Shown here piece after piece: positions 1 to 9,461 of a stretch of 64,000 nucleotides of DNA (its first letter is position 1; each line of letters starts with the position of its first letter). The stretch lies in the sequence record OR498728.1. One strand, written 5' to 3'. The DNA is from Escherichia phage ZX4221. A program made the translations under genes and the position numbers. Below the pieces are notes generated by a model. That model was given only the letters and a program-made list of their open reading frames with translations, was not told where the DNA came from and searched no databases.

Positions 1-1100
1 GCCCCCTTAACATTTTCTTAACAATTTCTTAACAACCCCTACATAGTTATGCTTTTAAGGCACTTGTTAGCAACTTGTTAGCCCCTTGTTAAATATCTGT
101 TAAGACCACGTAAAAGCCTTGTAAGAGTCTTTAGCATAGCCTTTAAAGCCTCTGTAAAGCCCTATAAAGAGGTGTTTGTATAGTTGGGGTGTAATTACTA
201 GGAAGAGACTTAAAAGAGCTTACAAAGAGCTATAGAGAGCTTTTAAGAGGGCTATTTAGAGAATCACTAAGAGGGAAAGGGAACGATAAGAAAAGAGATA
301 GTGACCATGTTAATAGCTTGTTAAAAAGATTAAACACTTGTTAGGAACTTGTTAATTATCTTAACAAAATAACTCTTAAAAATTAACTTGTTAGCTCTTG
401 TTAGTCATCTGTTAAGACTCTGTAAAGTCTATGTATCAACTGTTAAGAACTTGTTACACCCTTGTTAGTTCTGTTAAGAATCTGTTAAGACCTCTGAAGA
501 GATGTTAAGAGGATGTAGTAGCTGTTAAGAGATTGTTAAGGATATTTTAAAATTCTGCAAAGTACTTGTAAGGGAGCTGTTAAGGGCTACCAAGCAGATA
601 TACATCTTCTACAGATATTTTTGAGTTCCTTCAAAGACCCTAAAAAATGACTTGATAGTCCTATTTTATAAAAATTTTAAAATTCTGAATAATTACCTAG
701 ACAGTATTCTAAAAATACAGGCATAAACAGGCTTATAAGATACCTTGTTAATACCGTGTTAGACCTTGTGAGATAAGGTCTGTAAAGATATTCCTGTTAA
801 GTTTGTTAAAACAGTCTATATAGAGGTTTAGTAATACCTAGTGAACACCTATAGAGGGTAACATAGCTGACATAGAGATTAAGAGGTGTATAGGTGCTTC
901 TAAGAGATTATAGAGAGGTGGTTAAGGTGATTGTATAGGTTGTTAAGAAGGCTTGTTAGAAGGCTTGTTAGAGGGCTATTTAGAAGGTTTATACAGAGGG
1001 CTATTAAGACCACTAGATAGATACTAAGATACTATATAGTACTATATAACTATATATATATATATATAGAGAGTAAGCTTAAGAAGGTTGTTAAGAAGGG
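1..1100. repeat. Iteron-like array of short (C/T)TGTTA(A/G) motifs, partly at 10-11 bp phasing; candidate origin or protein-binding array
   Basis: About 30 copies of CTTGTTAG/CTGTTAAG-type motifs read by eye (e.g. 65, 76, 87, 98 are 11 bp apart); second recurring motif TATAGAG(A/G)G; no ORF >=60 aa; window starts inside the region so its left edge is unknown. Confidence 0.55.
1051..1068. repeat. (TA)9 dinucleotide run, possible DNA unwinding element
   Basis: tatatatatatatatata seen directly, embedded in the motif array. Confidence 0.9.
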
Positions 1101-1157
1101 TAGATATTTTATTCACATATGATGGTGACCAAGAGGTTGGGACAACCGATAAAATTT

Positions 1158-1190
1158 TATAAAAATTAAAAAGCCCCCAATTAAGGAGGC
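1158..1190 (-). terminator. Rho-independent terminator ending the leftward operon
   Basis: On the minus strand GCCTCC-TTAATT-GGGGGC hairpin followed by TTTTTAATTTTT; lies just past the stop of CDS 1203..1796. Confidence 0.6.
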
Positions 1191-1202
1191 TCTTAAGATA
1201 TT

Positions 1203-1796
1203 TTAAATCAGTGTTTCCAGAACTGTCTTCAGTGATGACTTGGTTGTCTGATAAAAATGAGTAAATCCATTGTTGTTATCAAATACCTGCATCATGATAT
1301 CATCTCCCTTGATTGGGTACACTCGGATATCATAGTGGAACCCATTAAATACAGCAGAACCATTACAGAATGAACTGAAATCATCCACTGAGATATACTC
1401 CTCATGTCCTGTGATTTTTATACAGATACCCTTACTCGGTCTCTTAGGGTTAATATCTTCCATCACAGACATACTCTGTCCACCAAGAGAGACCATAGTG
1501 ACCACTTTACGGTTCTTCTGTCTGAAGTACATCTTAACTTTCTGCAAAGTGTCTTCATAGAATGGATAAGACCTTTCTACAAAGATTCCTTCTAATGGCT
1601 CTTTACCATTTTCAACTTCTCTGTTATGCCGCACTGCAAAGATAATTTGTTGGAACCAGTCAAGATTTTCTTCGGAGAGTGCTTCCCGAATATCATTCCA
1701 GTCAAGGACTAGGTAGTTGCCTTCAACATCTTTTAAGTTATCTTTTTCCATATCTATCACACCATTATCGTAAAACTTGGTAAGCTGGAACTGCAA
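1203..1796 (-). CDS. hypothetical protein (197 aa)
   Basis: ORF-track ORF; last gene of leftward operon; overlaps next ORF so true start may be internal; no motif recognised. Confidence 0.5.
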   Translation of the reverse strand: MQFQLTKFYDNGVIDMEKDNLKDVEGNYLVLDWNDIREALSEENLDWFQQIIFAVRHNREVENGKEPLEGIFVERSYPFYEDTLQKVKMYFRQKNRKVVTMVSLGGQSMSVMEDINPKRPSKGICIKITGHEEYISVDDFSSFCNGSAVFNGFHYDIRVYPIKGDDIMMQVFDNNNGFTHFYQTTKSSLKTVLETLI

Positions 1797-2229
1797 ACTT
1801 GTTGCCGTTGTTCTTAATGAGGTCTTCTTCTGTTACTAAGAATGTAAGACCAAACAAATGTAAATAGATGCTATCACACTCAAATATCTTAAATAGGTAT
1901 TTACCGTCATGATAAACAGATTCTACTACACCTTTTGCAACAACCTCTCCAGTCTTGAAGTCTTTAAGGCGGTATACATTACCAACTTTAGGAACTGTTT
2001 TCATCTCAGGTTCTTTTAGCTTCTCACCAACTTCTACATCACCTAGTAAGTTAGAACTTTCAAAAGCTATATGTTTCATATAAGCTTCTGAGCATTCCAA
2101 GATAAAACAATGCACAAGAGCCTTAGCAGCATGTCTTGAACAATTCAACTTATCACAAATCTCTTTGTACATTTTATCTTTAGTTGAATTGTTAAGCATT
2201 GCTTTTTGAACTACTACTTTAATTTTCAT
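1765..2229 (-). CDS. hypothetical protein (154 aa)
   Basis: ORF-track ORF, tightly packed with neighbours; no motif recognised. Confidence 0.5.
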   Translation of the reverse strand: MKIKVVVQKAMLNNSTKDKMYKEICDKLNCSRHAAKALVHCFILECSEAYMKHIAFESSNLLGDVEVGEKLKEPEMKTVPKVGNVYRLKDFKTGEVVAKGVVESVYHDGKYLFKIFECDSIYLHLFGLTFLVTEEDLIKNNGNKFAVPAYQVLR

Positions 2230-2641
2230 AAGCTCTCCGAATAACCTTGTTAAGCATCTCTAAAGTCAGCTTTCCAGATTCTAAATGTGGCACAATGAGT
2301 TTTAAAGCTTCTTCAACATCATGCACAACACCTATTATACCTTCTTCATAGGCTTCTACAAGGATGTCTTTTACACCGATATAACCTTCATTGATAAGTA
2401 TTTGCATATCAAAATCTTTTGATTGCTTGTTTAACTTACCTCTCCAATACCCATCAGCATTAAAAGATATCACTTCACACTCTTTAAAATCCATATCATC
2501 TGCATTGAATGGAGTAATTATTGTGCATTGGATTGGATACTCTACACCAGTGTCGTCAACATCAAAGACCTTCACAGAAGTGAGTGGTTTCTTTGTTTTA
2601 GAGCAGTAAACTGTCAATCTTTTACCAATAAGCTCTTTCAT
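2219..2641 (-). CDS. hypothetical protein (140 aa)
   Basis: ORF-track ORF in leftward operon. Confidence 0.5.
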   Translation of the reverse strand: MKELIGKRLTVYCSKTKKPLTSVKVFDVDDTGVEYPIQCTIITPFNADDMDFKECEVISFNADGYWRGKLNKQSKDFDMQILINEGYIGVKDILVEAYEEGIIGVVHDVEEALKLIVPHLESGKLTLEMLNKVIRRAYEN

Positions 2642-2694
2642 TTCGCTACCTTTTAAGTTTCTACAAAGGGGCTATCAAATAACCCCTCAAGCTA

Positions 2695-2919
2695 CTACTC
2701 AGACTTTTCAGTCTTTTTATCGGATTTCTTACTAGTCTTCTTCTCAGCTTTCTGCTCAGGTTCCTTCTCAGAAGTTGCCTTGATAACCATATCAAGAAGC
2801 TCTGATAGGTCACTCTTCAGCAGAGTAACAGGCTGCTCATTGTAGAAGTTTTTGTCAAGATAAACTTTGAACTCTTCAATAGAAGGAAATCCAAAAATTG
2901 GTACAGGTGTCTTAATCAT
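2695..2919 (-). CDS. hypothetical small protein with lysine/glutamate-rich C-terminus (74 aa)
   Basis: ORF-track ORF; C-terminal KKTSKKSDKKTEKSE tail. Confidence 0.4.
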   Translation of the reverse strand: MIKTPVPIFGFPSIEEFKVYLDKNFYNEQPVTLLKSDLSELLDMVIKATSEKEPEQKAEKKTSKKSDKKTEKSE

Positions 2920-2995
2920 TACTTAGTTTCTCCATAGGCATCTTTTAAGATTGCCTTGTTAATCATTTCAGCGATTGCAAAACGAACACATACAG

Positions 2996-3529
2996 CTATA
3001 ATTGTAGGTTGCATTCTTTACTTACCTCTTCAAGTTTAACCTCAGAGTCCTTAAGTCGTTTCTTATGAACTCTAAACCTCATTAGTGAGATGATGATACC
3101 AACTAAAGGGACAGCATACAAGTACCAAACATCATATACCTTTGCAGTAATCTGTGTAATGGTCAAATCTTGAGCTATAGAACTGATTGCTGATACTGCC
3201 AGTAATGTTGCTAAGAAAAATGCCAGTACCATTACTGTACTTAAACAACCTCTGGCATGGTGTTCATGCTTAATGCACTTATTCTTTTCGTCAACAACCC
3301 TGTTGTAGTCGTTTGTAAAGTCTCTGTAGAAAGCTTTCAAGTATTCTTTATTGTAGCCTTCAAAGCAACCTGTACCGTACCAATAATCACCACCGAAATG
3401 TGCTATGATACCAGTTTCTCCGTTTGGTTTAGTTACTCTCAAAGATGTGTGATGACGAGTATCTTGATAGTCTATTTTGTATCTTTCTTCGTAAATCATT
3501 TTCCAATCCCTCTCAATCGTTTGTTCCAC
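2996..3529 (-). CDS. hypothetical membrane protein (177 aa)
   Basis: ORF-track ORF; one clear hydrophobic segment (VMVLAFFLATLLAVSAISSIA). Confidence 0.5.
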   Translation of the reverse strand: MEQTIERDWKMIYEERYKIDYQDTRHHTSLRVTKPNGETGIIAHFGGDYWYGTGCFEGYNKEYLKAFYRDFTNDYNRVVDEKNKCIKHEHHARGCLSTVMVLAFFLATLLAVSAISSIAQDLTITQITAKVYDVWYLYAVPLVGIIISLMRFRVHKKRLKDSEVKLEEVSKECNLQL

Positions 3530-3714
3530 TCAAGGTCAACAAGTCTTTGTAGGACTTTCCCTCTAGGTGTTACACCTTTTAAATCTGCATCGTAGCAATG
3601 GTAAAAGTCACCTTCAGCATGTCTACCATAACATTTTCTGATGTTCTGACTTCTGCGATATTGTTCTAATAATGATATCTTATAGTAATCTTCAACTGTA
3701 GTTAGTTTTTTCAT
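3496..3714 (-). CDS. hypothetical protein (72 aa)
   Basis: ORF-track ORF; stop overlaps start region of downstream gene. Confidence 0.4.
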   Translation of the reverse strand: MKKLTTVEDYYKISLLEQYRRSQNIRKCYGRHAEGDFYHCYDADLKGVTPRGKVLQRLVDLEWNKRLRGIGK

Positions 3715-4379
3715 TCTTTCACCATAGCATTTCTGAACTGACGTTGAGTTTCTCTTGTAATTTCGTCTGGAGTAAACCCTGCTTTCAGCATATCTCTGAA
3801 AAGAACTTCTAAGTGATTCTTTTCAATGATGTAAATTGCATTCTGCACAGATGTTTTAAGTTCCTTCAGGTCACTGCTAATTTCTTCGCACTTGTTGACA
3901 ATCTCTGTATCAACTTTCTTAAAGACTGGCATGGTATATCTACGACCACCATTAGCAGCATCCATGAAAAATTTAAAAGATTCCTCAGAGTCCTTTAAAG
4001 CAATCCCGATAAAGTCCTTGTAAGCACCTGTGAAAGCTAAAGACTCAATCTCAGCAGTTGAGTAAACAGTTCCTGCACACAGTCTTGCAGAGGTACTAAA
4101 TGTGTAGCTTTGTGTTATGTCAAAGTCTAAGTTCTTCAGTGGTCGAAAATAAACTGTGCCAGTATGTGAGACATGTGTTACAACAGCCTCCACACTCTTT
4201 GAAGGGTTCTGTTTAACATACAGGATAATTTTATCGTGTTCTTTCACTTTAGGCATATCTATTCTCCGGAAACTAAAAAAGGGAACTACCTCTCGATAGC
4301 TCCCATCATAGTTAATATTGTATACTCGGTCAAGAGTATTTTTTAGGCAGTAATGCGCTACGCTTGTTGCTCTCTTCAC
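3711..4379 (-). CDS. hypothetical protein (222 aa)
   Basis: ORF-track ORF in leftward operon. Confidence 0.5.
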   Translation of the reverse strand: MKRATSVAHYCLKNTLDRVYNINYDGSYREVVPFFSFRRIDMPKVKEHDKIILYVKQNPSKSVEAVVTHVSHTGTVYFRPLKNLDFDITQSYTFSTSARLCAGTVYSTAEIESLAFTGAYKDFIGIALKDSEESFKFFMDAANGGRRYTMPVFKKVDTEIVNKCEEISSDLKELKTSVQNAIYIIEKNHLEVLFRDMLKAGFTPDEITRETQRQFRNAMVKE

Positions 4380-4911
4380 TCAATAGTGCGATAAATTCAT
4401 CACCTTTCCCTTTCCACGGACTGAATGTAGGGATGTGCTCTCTGATAGCCTCAATCACTGTTTTCAGGGCATTGTTCTTTAACCACCAATCAGACACTGC
4501 CGAAGCTACGATGTAGTAAGCACCATCATCTGTGAAGATTGGCTCAGAGATACATGGTGAAATCATAGTGGTAATGATAGAGCCATTATTCATGTAGTAT
4601 GTTCTTTTTTCAACCTTGTCAAGAAGTCTATGAAGGTCTGCAAAGAGACTTACCACCTCTTTATGGTCAATATCTTTTTCAAGATTTGCCCTGTATTTCA
4701 ATAGTGCAGCATCAACCTCTTTATCATTGAATTTGAAGTATTGGACTTCTTCATTCACACATACACTAATATTGTTGGTGTTTATCGTCAATTTGCACAG
4801 TTTGACTGGAGAGTTGATGTTGGTCTGGAAAAGTGCTACACAGCCTTCTACATTCCCGAAATGTTTGACTAGTGTAACTTCTGGTTGAATGTGCTCATGC
4901 TCTTCTGACAT
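4330..4911 (-). CDS. hypothetical protein (193 aa)
   Basis: ORF-track ORF; ATGA-type overlap with upstream gene at 4911. Confidence 0.5.
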   Translation of the reverse strand: MSEEHEHIQPEVTLVKHFGNVEGCVALFQTNINSPVKLCKLTINTNNISVCVNEEVQYFKFNDKEVDAALLKYRANLEKDIDHKEVVSLFADLHRLLDKVEKRTYYMNNGSIITTMISPCISEPIFTDDGAYYIVASAVSDWWLKNNALKTVIEAIREHIPTFSPWKGKGDEFIALLSEESNKRSALLPKKYS

Positions 4912-5255
4912 TACAGTTTCCTCATTAAATACTTTTTAAGTTGTGTGTTAGGTTTCTCAAAAACTTCTATAGAAGATATCTTGACAGATTCACCGCGCAT
5001 ACCAGTATGCTTGAAAATATAGTACTCTAACATCCCTATGTATTTTGCTGGTAAGTCATATTTTACGTACACCGTTACAGAATCTTCAAATTCAACAATC
5101 TTTGTACCATCTTTGTAGTTAAACTCTTTAGGATGGTTGTAATTGTCGATGTCGTACATTAAAAAGAGTCTTTTACGCTGCATATCTAGCTTATTTGTCA
5201 AAGACTCTTTGATATCTGAAAAGTTTTTATAGACTATGACATGGAGCTTACTCAT
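4911..5255 (-). CDS. hypothetical protein (114 aa)
   Basis: ORF-track ORF. Confidence 0.5.
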   Translation of the reverse strand: MSKLHVIVYKNFSDIKESLTNKLDMQRKRLFLMYDIDNYNHPKEFNYKDGTKIVEFEDSVTVYVKYDLPAKYIGMLEYYIFKHTGMRGESVKISSIEVFEKPNTQLKKYLMRKL

Positions 5256-5541
5256 CGTTAAACTCTCTGACGAAGAAATAGTTGACTTTGTTATTACCTA
5301 CCATAAGGTCAAAGCAGGTATTCTCAAAAGGCTTGTTGTAGGCATCATATGAAGTGTACGTATCAGCTACTTGTTTAGTGTTAAGCTTTTTACTTGATGG
5401 ATTTAAGAGGCCACCATACAGTTTCTTGATAGCCTCTTCTACAACAGACCAGATGATTTCGTCAGTAATTTCTTCGTACAGGTCAAGTTCACGCTCTAGT
5501 GAGAAGTCACAAATAGGGAAAATAACCTGCACTTTACTCAT
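5248..5541 (-). CDS. hypothetical protein (97 aa)
   Basis: ORF-track ORF. Confidence 0.45.
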   Translation of the reverse strand: MSKVQVIFPICDFSLERELDLYEEITDEIIWSVVEEAIKKLYGGLLNPSSKKLNTKQVADTYTSYDAYNKPFENTCFDLMVGNNKVNYFFVREFNDE

Positions 5542-5936
5542 TAACGAATAACCTGTGTGACTTGAATTGCTTCAGTTACGGACAAATCACCTACTTTCTC
5601 TTCTTTGATAAAAGTGAAGGTGAGTTCAACAGGTTCCTCCTCTTCTTGCTCAACTGGAATGCCGTTAAGCTCATCAAAGATTGATTGAGTTGTCCAGTCT
5701 TCTCCACCATCTGGGTAGTGGATTGCGTAAAGTGGAAACTCTAAATTATACCAAGCAAAAACAGGGCAACCATCTGCATCATCTCGACATCTGTGGAGAT
5801 ATGTGTTTGTGCCTTCAAAATGCAAATGGAGATTACCATTCTTCTCAAAGAGAATAGCATCTTGCAGGTCTAGTTCCTCATTTTCGCTGTAACGGCTGAC
5901 ATCAACTTTAACGTGAATATGACTGTTATTATTCAT
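5541..5936 (-). CDS. hypothetical protein (131 aa)
   Basis: ORF-track ORF. Confidence 0.5.
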   Translation of the reverse strand: MNNNSHIHVKVDVSRYSENEELDLQDAILFEKNGNLHLHFEGTNTYLHRCRDDADGCPVFAWYNLEFPLYAIHYPDGGEDWTTQSIFDELNGIPVEQEEEEPVELTFTFIKEEKVGDLSVTEAIQVTQVIR

Positions 5937-6327
5937 AAAAACCTCTCTCTGCTTGTTCGATTTTTGCTCTTAAAATTTCACAATGTTGAAAATGGTAGTT
6001 AGCTTCTTGTTCATGTGTTGCTAACTGCCTTTCAAGAACAGTTTTATAATAACCTGCAAGTTGCTCTTTTGTCAACGGGTGTTCTGAAATAATATCAAGT
6101 CCACTTTCGCCAAGAGGGTTGAATTGTCCATACTCATTGACATTGTAAGTCTCAAACTTGAACAGGCCATTGTTCACAGACTCAATAGGCGACAGTTCAA
6201 CAAGCTCTACAGTAAACCGTGTATACACCTTGTCGCCTCTTGAAACCACATTATTTCCGACAATGCGTACAAGCGAACCATTACGTGTGTACTTAAAAGT
6301 CCCAAAGTCACTAGCCCAAAGCTTCAT
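5929..6327 (-). CDS. hypothetical protein (132 aa)
   Basis: ORF-track ORF; followed on its strand by terminator at 6342..6368. Confidence 0.5.
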   Translation of the reverse strand: MKLWASDFGTFKYTRNGSLVRIVGNNVVSRGDKVYTRFTVELVELSPIESVNNGLFKFETYNVNEYGQFNPLGESGLDIISEHPLTKEQLAGYYKTVLERQLATHEQEANYHFQHCEILRAKIEQAERGFYE

Positions 6328-6341
6328 AATTTTCTCCTTAG

Positions 6342-6368
6342 AAAATAAAAAAGGCTCCCGAAGGAGCC
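6342..6368 (-). terminator. Rho-independent terminator after endolysin gene
   Basis: Minus strand GGCTCC-TTCG-GGAGCC hairpin followed by TTTTTTATTTT. Confidence 0.7.
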
Positions 6369-6378
6369 TATGAAGATA

Positions 6379-6843
6379 TTACTTTGGGTATACACTGTCA
6401 AGATAAATGTCAGCTTCCATTCTACGTCTGTTTTTCAGACCATTTGAAGTGACCTTCTTACCTTTGACTGTAACCTTGTTCCACCACTGCATAGCTTCTG
6501 CACAACCTACCTTGTTACCAGCATTGTGGCGCTTGATAAATGTAGAATCCTGCATAGCTGTGATACCGATGTTGTATGTTTCACTTACAAGTGCATCGAA
6601 CTCATTCTGAGAAGTTGGAGCCTTGATAGCTTTATTCACTGCTGCAACAAACTTCTCAACATCTGCGAGAAGATACTGTTCAGCTTGTTCAGCCGTGATT
6701 TTCATACCCATCTTAACAGGTTTTCCGTCAATACGGATTGTACCATACCCAATTGTTGGGATTCCGGCAGAGTCTTCGTAAGCCTCTAACTTCAGACCTT
6801 CAAAGAACTTAATAGCTTCTAAACCTTTTCTTGAGAGTTGCAT
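6379..6843 (-). CDS. endolysin, T4-lysozyme-like (glycoside hydrolase family 24)
   Basis: N-terminal FEGLKLEAYEDSAGIPTIGYGT matches the T4 lysozyme catalytic Glu/Asp/Thr region; 154 aa. Confidence 0.8.
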   Translation of the reverse strand: MQLSRKGLEAIKFFEGLKLEAYEDSAGIPTIGYGTIRIDGKPVKMGMKITAEQAEQYLLADVEKFVAAVNKAIKAPTSQNEFDALVSETYNIGITAMQDSTFIKRHNAGNKVGCAEAMQWWNKVTVKGKKVTSNGLKNRRRMEADIYLDSVYPK

Positions 6844-8228
6844 TATGCCTCCCCTGCTGGGTTAACTGTAACTGTTGCCGCATTAGATGTCACAGAGCCA
6901 CCTGCACCAGTAACTACACAGGTGTAGCTTCCTGCATCAGTAGTAGTTGCACCTTCTTTGGTGTAAGTTGCAGCAGTTGCGTCTAGGATGTTTTCCTCAC
7001 CCTTCTTCCACTGGTAACCTGTTGCACCTGTTGCCACAACATTCAGCGTTAAGGTCTCACCTTCAGTGATTTCTTGATTGGCTGGTTGTTGAGTGATGAC
7101 AGGAAGAGCATTAACGGTAACCGTTGCAGCATTAGATGTGACTGTTGTACCACCTGCACCAGTAACTACACAGGTATATGAACCAGCATCGGCAGGGTCT
7201 GCTTTAGCTTTCGTGTAAGTTGCACCAGTTGCGCTAGGGATGTTCACATTATCTTTCTTCCATTGATAACCTGTTGCACCTGTGGCCTCAATGCTCAGCG
7301 TCAAACTGCCACCTTCATTGACTACTTGGTTAGTTGGCTGCTTGGTAATAACTGGCAAAGCATTTACCGTGACAGTTGCAGGGTTAGAAGTAACAGAACC
7401 TCCAGCACCAGTTACAACGCAAGTGTAAGAACCTGCATCTGCTGGAAGCGCACCAGATTTGCTATAGTTAGCATTTGTAGCTGATGGGATGTCAGAGCCA
7501 TCTTTCTTCCATTGGTAGCCTGTTGCACCTGTTGCAGTAACTGATAAGTCAATGTTTCCACCCTCATTAATGGTCTGGCTAGAAGGTTGCTGTGTAATCA
7601 CAGGTAGTGCGTTAACAGTAACCGTTGCCGCATCTGAGGTAACACTTGTTCCACCATCTCCAGATACAACACAAGTGTATGAACCAGCGTCAGAAGGTGC
7701 TACAGATTGTTTTGTATAGGTTGCAGATGTGGCACTGGAGATATTCTCACCATCCTTCTTCCATTGATACCCAGTGGCATTAGTTGCGAGAACACTTAGG
7801 GTAAGTGCTCCACCTTCATTGACTGTTTGGTTTGTCGGTTGCTGAGTAATTACTGGTGGCTTAATGGCATCCTTCAACTTAGCATTCAACATTGAGAACG
7901 GTTTAACTCTTGCCAACCATTCACAATACACTGTGTCAACGTCTTTACCATTGATAATTGCATATTGTAAATCCATGAAGAAGTCAGAAGTTCTCATTTG
8001 AGCACCGACGCTGTAAAGCAAATCATCACTAAAAGGAACTTTGTAGTCTGGTTTGTAGTCAAACTTCTTAACCTCTGCGATATCAGCTTCAGGCCAATAT
8101 GAGCTATAGGTGAGTGGTAAAATAGCTTCTTGATATGTTCTAAAATCATATCTCTTACCAGCCTTTACATTTGCGATGAAGCCCTTCACAAATTCTTTGA
8201 AGTCTGGGTAAGTCTTTGCTTTAATCAT
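6843..8228 (-). CDS. protein with four tandem Ig-like repeats fused to an N-terminal domain paralogous to the next gene
   Basis: Four repeats of ~80 aa (VITQQP..NEGG..L..ATGATGYQWKKDG..AGSYTCVV..VTVN); N-terminal ~120 aa aligns by eye with 8225..8596. Confidence 0.6.
   Translation of the reverse strand: MIKAKTYPDFKEFVKGFIANVKAGKRYDFRTYQEAILPLTYSSYWPEADIAEVKKFDYKPDYKVPFSDDLLYSVGAQMRTSDFFMDLQYAIINGKDVDTVYCEWLARVKPFSMLNAKLKDAIKPPVITQQPTNQTVNEGGALTLSVLATNATGYQWKKDGENISSATSATYTKQSVAPSDAGSYTCVVSGDGGTSVTSDAATVTVNALPVITQQPSSQTINEGGNIDLSVTATGATGYQWKKDGSDIPSATNANYSKSGALPADAGSYTCVVTGAGGSVTSNPATVTVNALPVITKQPTNQVVNEGGSLTLSIEATGATGYQWKKDNVNIPSATGATYTKAKADPADAGSYTCVVTGAGGTTVTSNAATVTVNALPVITQQPANQEITEGETLTLNVVATGATGYQWKKGEENILDATAATYTKEGATTTDAGSYTCVVTGAGGSVTSNAATVTVNPAGEA
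6900..7860. repeat. Four ~240 bp tandem coding repeats (Ig-like domains)
   Basis: Nucleotide and protein periodicity visible inside CDS 6843..8228. Confidence 0.7.
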
Positions 8229-8596
8229 TTCTTTTTAGCCTCTAAACGTGCGTTTAATCTAAAATAGCCTTTATGTTGTGGAGACACATCACCAACAACG
8301 ATACCTTCAACTTTATAACCTTTACCGATTACATACTGGATATCCATAAGAAATGTACCAAGTCCTACAATGTGGAACATTGGATATAATAACTTATCTG
8401 AATCTGGGAGATTAATATCTGGGTTGTAGGTAGGTTGTTTACTAGTAGGTGTAATATCTTCTTCAGGCCATTTACTTAGTCTCCATGTCAAAGGTGTTGG
8501 GATAACATCATTAAGATTGTACCTCCCACCATTCTCCACGGAATGGATATAGGATTGTAGGAAGCAATAAAAGTCTTTTGCACTCTTAGCTTTCAT
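8225..8596 (-). CDS. hypothetical protein, paralog of the N-domain of the Ig-repeat protein
   Basis: Shared pattern K.K...DF..F....V..G.RY.......PLT....WPE.DI ... SD.LLY ... MD.QY.I with 6843..8228. Confidence 0.5.
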   Translation of the reverse strand: MKAKSAKDFYCFLQSYIHSVENGGRYNLNDVIPTPLTWRLSKWPEEDITPTSKQPTYNPDINLPDSDKLLYPMFHIVGLGTFLMDIQYVIGKGYKVEGIVVGDVSPQHKGYFRLNARLEAKKK

Positions 8597-8607
8597 TAAA
8601 TATCCTT

Positions 8608-8636
8608 ATAAATAGATAAAGGGGCATTAGCCCCTG
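8608..8636 (-). terminator. Possible rho-independent terminator
   Basis: Minus strand AGGGGC-TAAT-GCCCCT hairpin followed by TTTATCTATTT (interrupted T-run). Confidence 0.4.
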
Positions 8637-8643
8637 TTTACAC

Positions 8644-9234
8644 TTAAGCTTTGGTCTTAAGTAGGTTCTTAAGTTTTTTGAGATTCATGCTCTCGTCAAA
8701 CTTAAAACCAAATCCATTGACATAATCAATGAACTCGGATTTCTTACTAAGTGATAGCGCGTAACTCATATCAAAGTTATTACTTGTTTCTGCGTCTGGA
8801 CTAGAGTTCACATCAAATGAAATTTCTGTAGGCTCTTGCTTGCTACTTCTCATATTATCAATCAATAGGCATGTATAGTTCGCTGGATAGAAGTTTGCAC
8901 TACCATCAACATACCCATACTTATTGTTGTGAATAAGGTTTGAAAATACCTTAAGAAATGTTTCTGAGTCGTGGCATACAAGTTTGAATTGGCTGCATTC
9001 TCCAAGAGCCACTAAAGAATAAGGGCTTTCACTATCAATGTCGTAGTTTGGATTTGATGTTGTAACCGTCACACGCATCAAGTTATTAGCAATAGTCTTC
9101 TGCTTGAAAGAATTTGGGACATAGTGAAGACCTCTATCACACTGATTAACTAACTCTTTAAGTAGGTCATTTGCATATGGTGAATTAATTGATACAGAGC
9201 CATCACTATTATAGTTAAAACTTACTGTTAACAT
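8644..9234 (-). CDS. hypothetical protein (196 aa)
   Basis: ORF-track ORF. Confidence 0.5.
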   Translation of the reverse strand: MLTVSFNYNSDGSVSINSPYANDLLKELVNQCDRGLHYVPNSFKQKTIANNLMRVTVTTSNPNYDIDSESPYSLVALGECSQFKLVCHDSETFLKVFSNLIHNNKYGYVDGSANFYPANYTCLLIDNMRSSKQEPTEISFDVNSSPDAETSNNFDMSYALSLSKKSEFIDYVNGFGFKFDESMNLKKLKNLLKTKA

Positions 9235-9461
9235 TTTTCAGTTCTCCTGCGATTTATGATTTTGCTGCAATAGAGAAACGAAGTAAACTCACTGGAAGAA
9301 ACCATTAAGTGTTGTTCACTAGATTGAGCCATTGCCCTGAAATACATTCCAGTCAAAGCATCGTAGTGACTATTCTTTCCAATTGAGGTTATATAGCCAT
9401 GACTCTTTGCAGTTTTATATAAATCTATAATATCTGCGATTTCTAATTGGGAACTACACAT
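9228..9461 (-). CDS. hypothetical protein (77 aa)
   Basis: ORF-track ORF, first gene region of leftward operon. Confidence 0.4.
   Translation of the reverse strand: MCSSQLEIADIIDLYKTAKSHGYITSIGKNSHYDALTGMYFRAMAQSSEQHLMVSSSEFTSFLYCSKIINRRRTEKC

Noticed and set aside
1-1100. CRISPR array as an explanation for the short repeats at the left end
   Set aside because: Motifs are only 7-8 bp, irregularly spaced and degenerate, with no unique spacers of uniform length and no cas genes in the window
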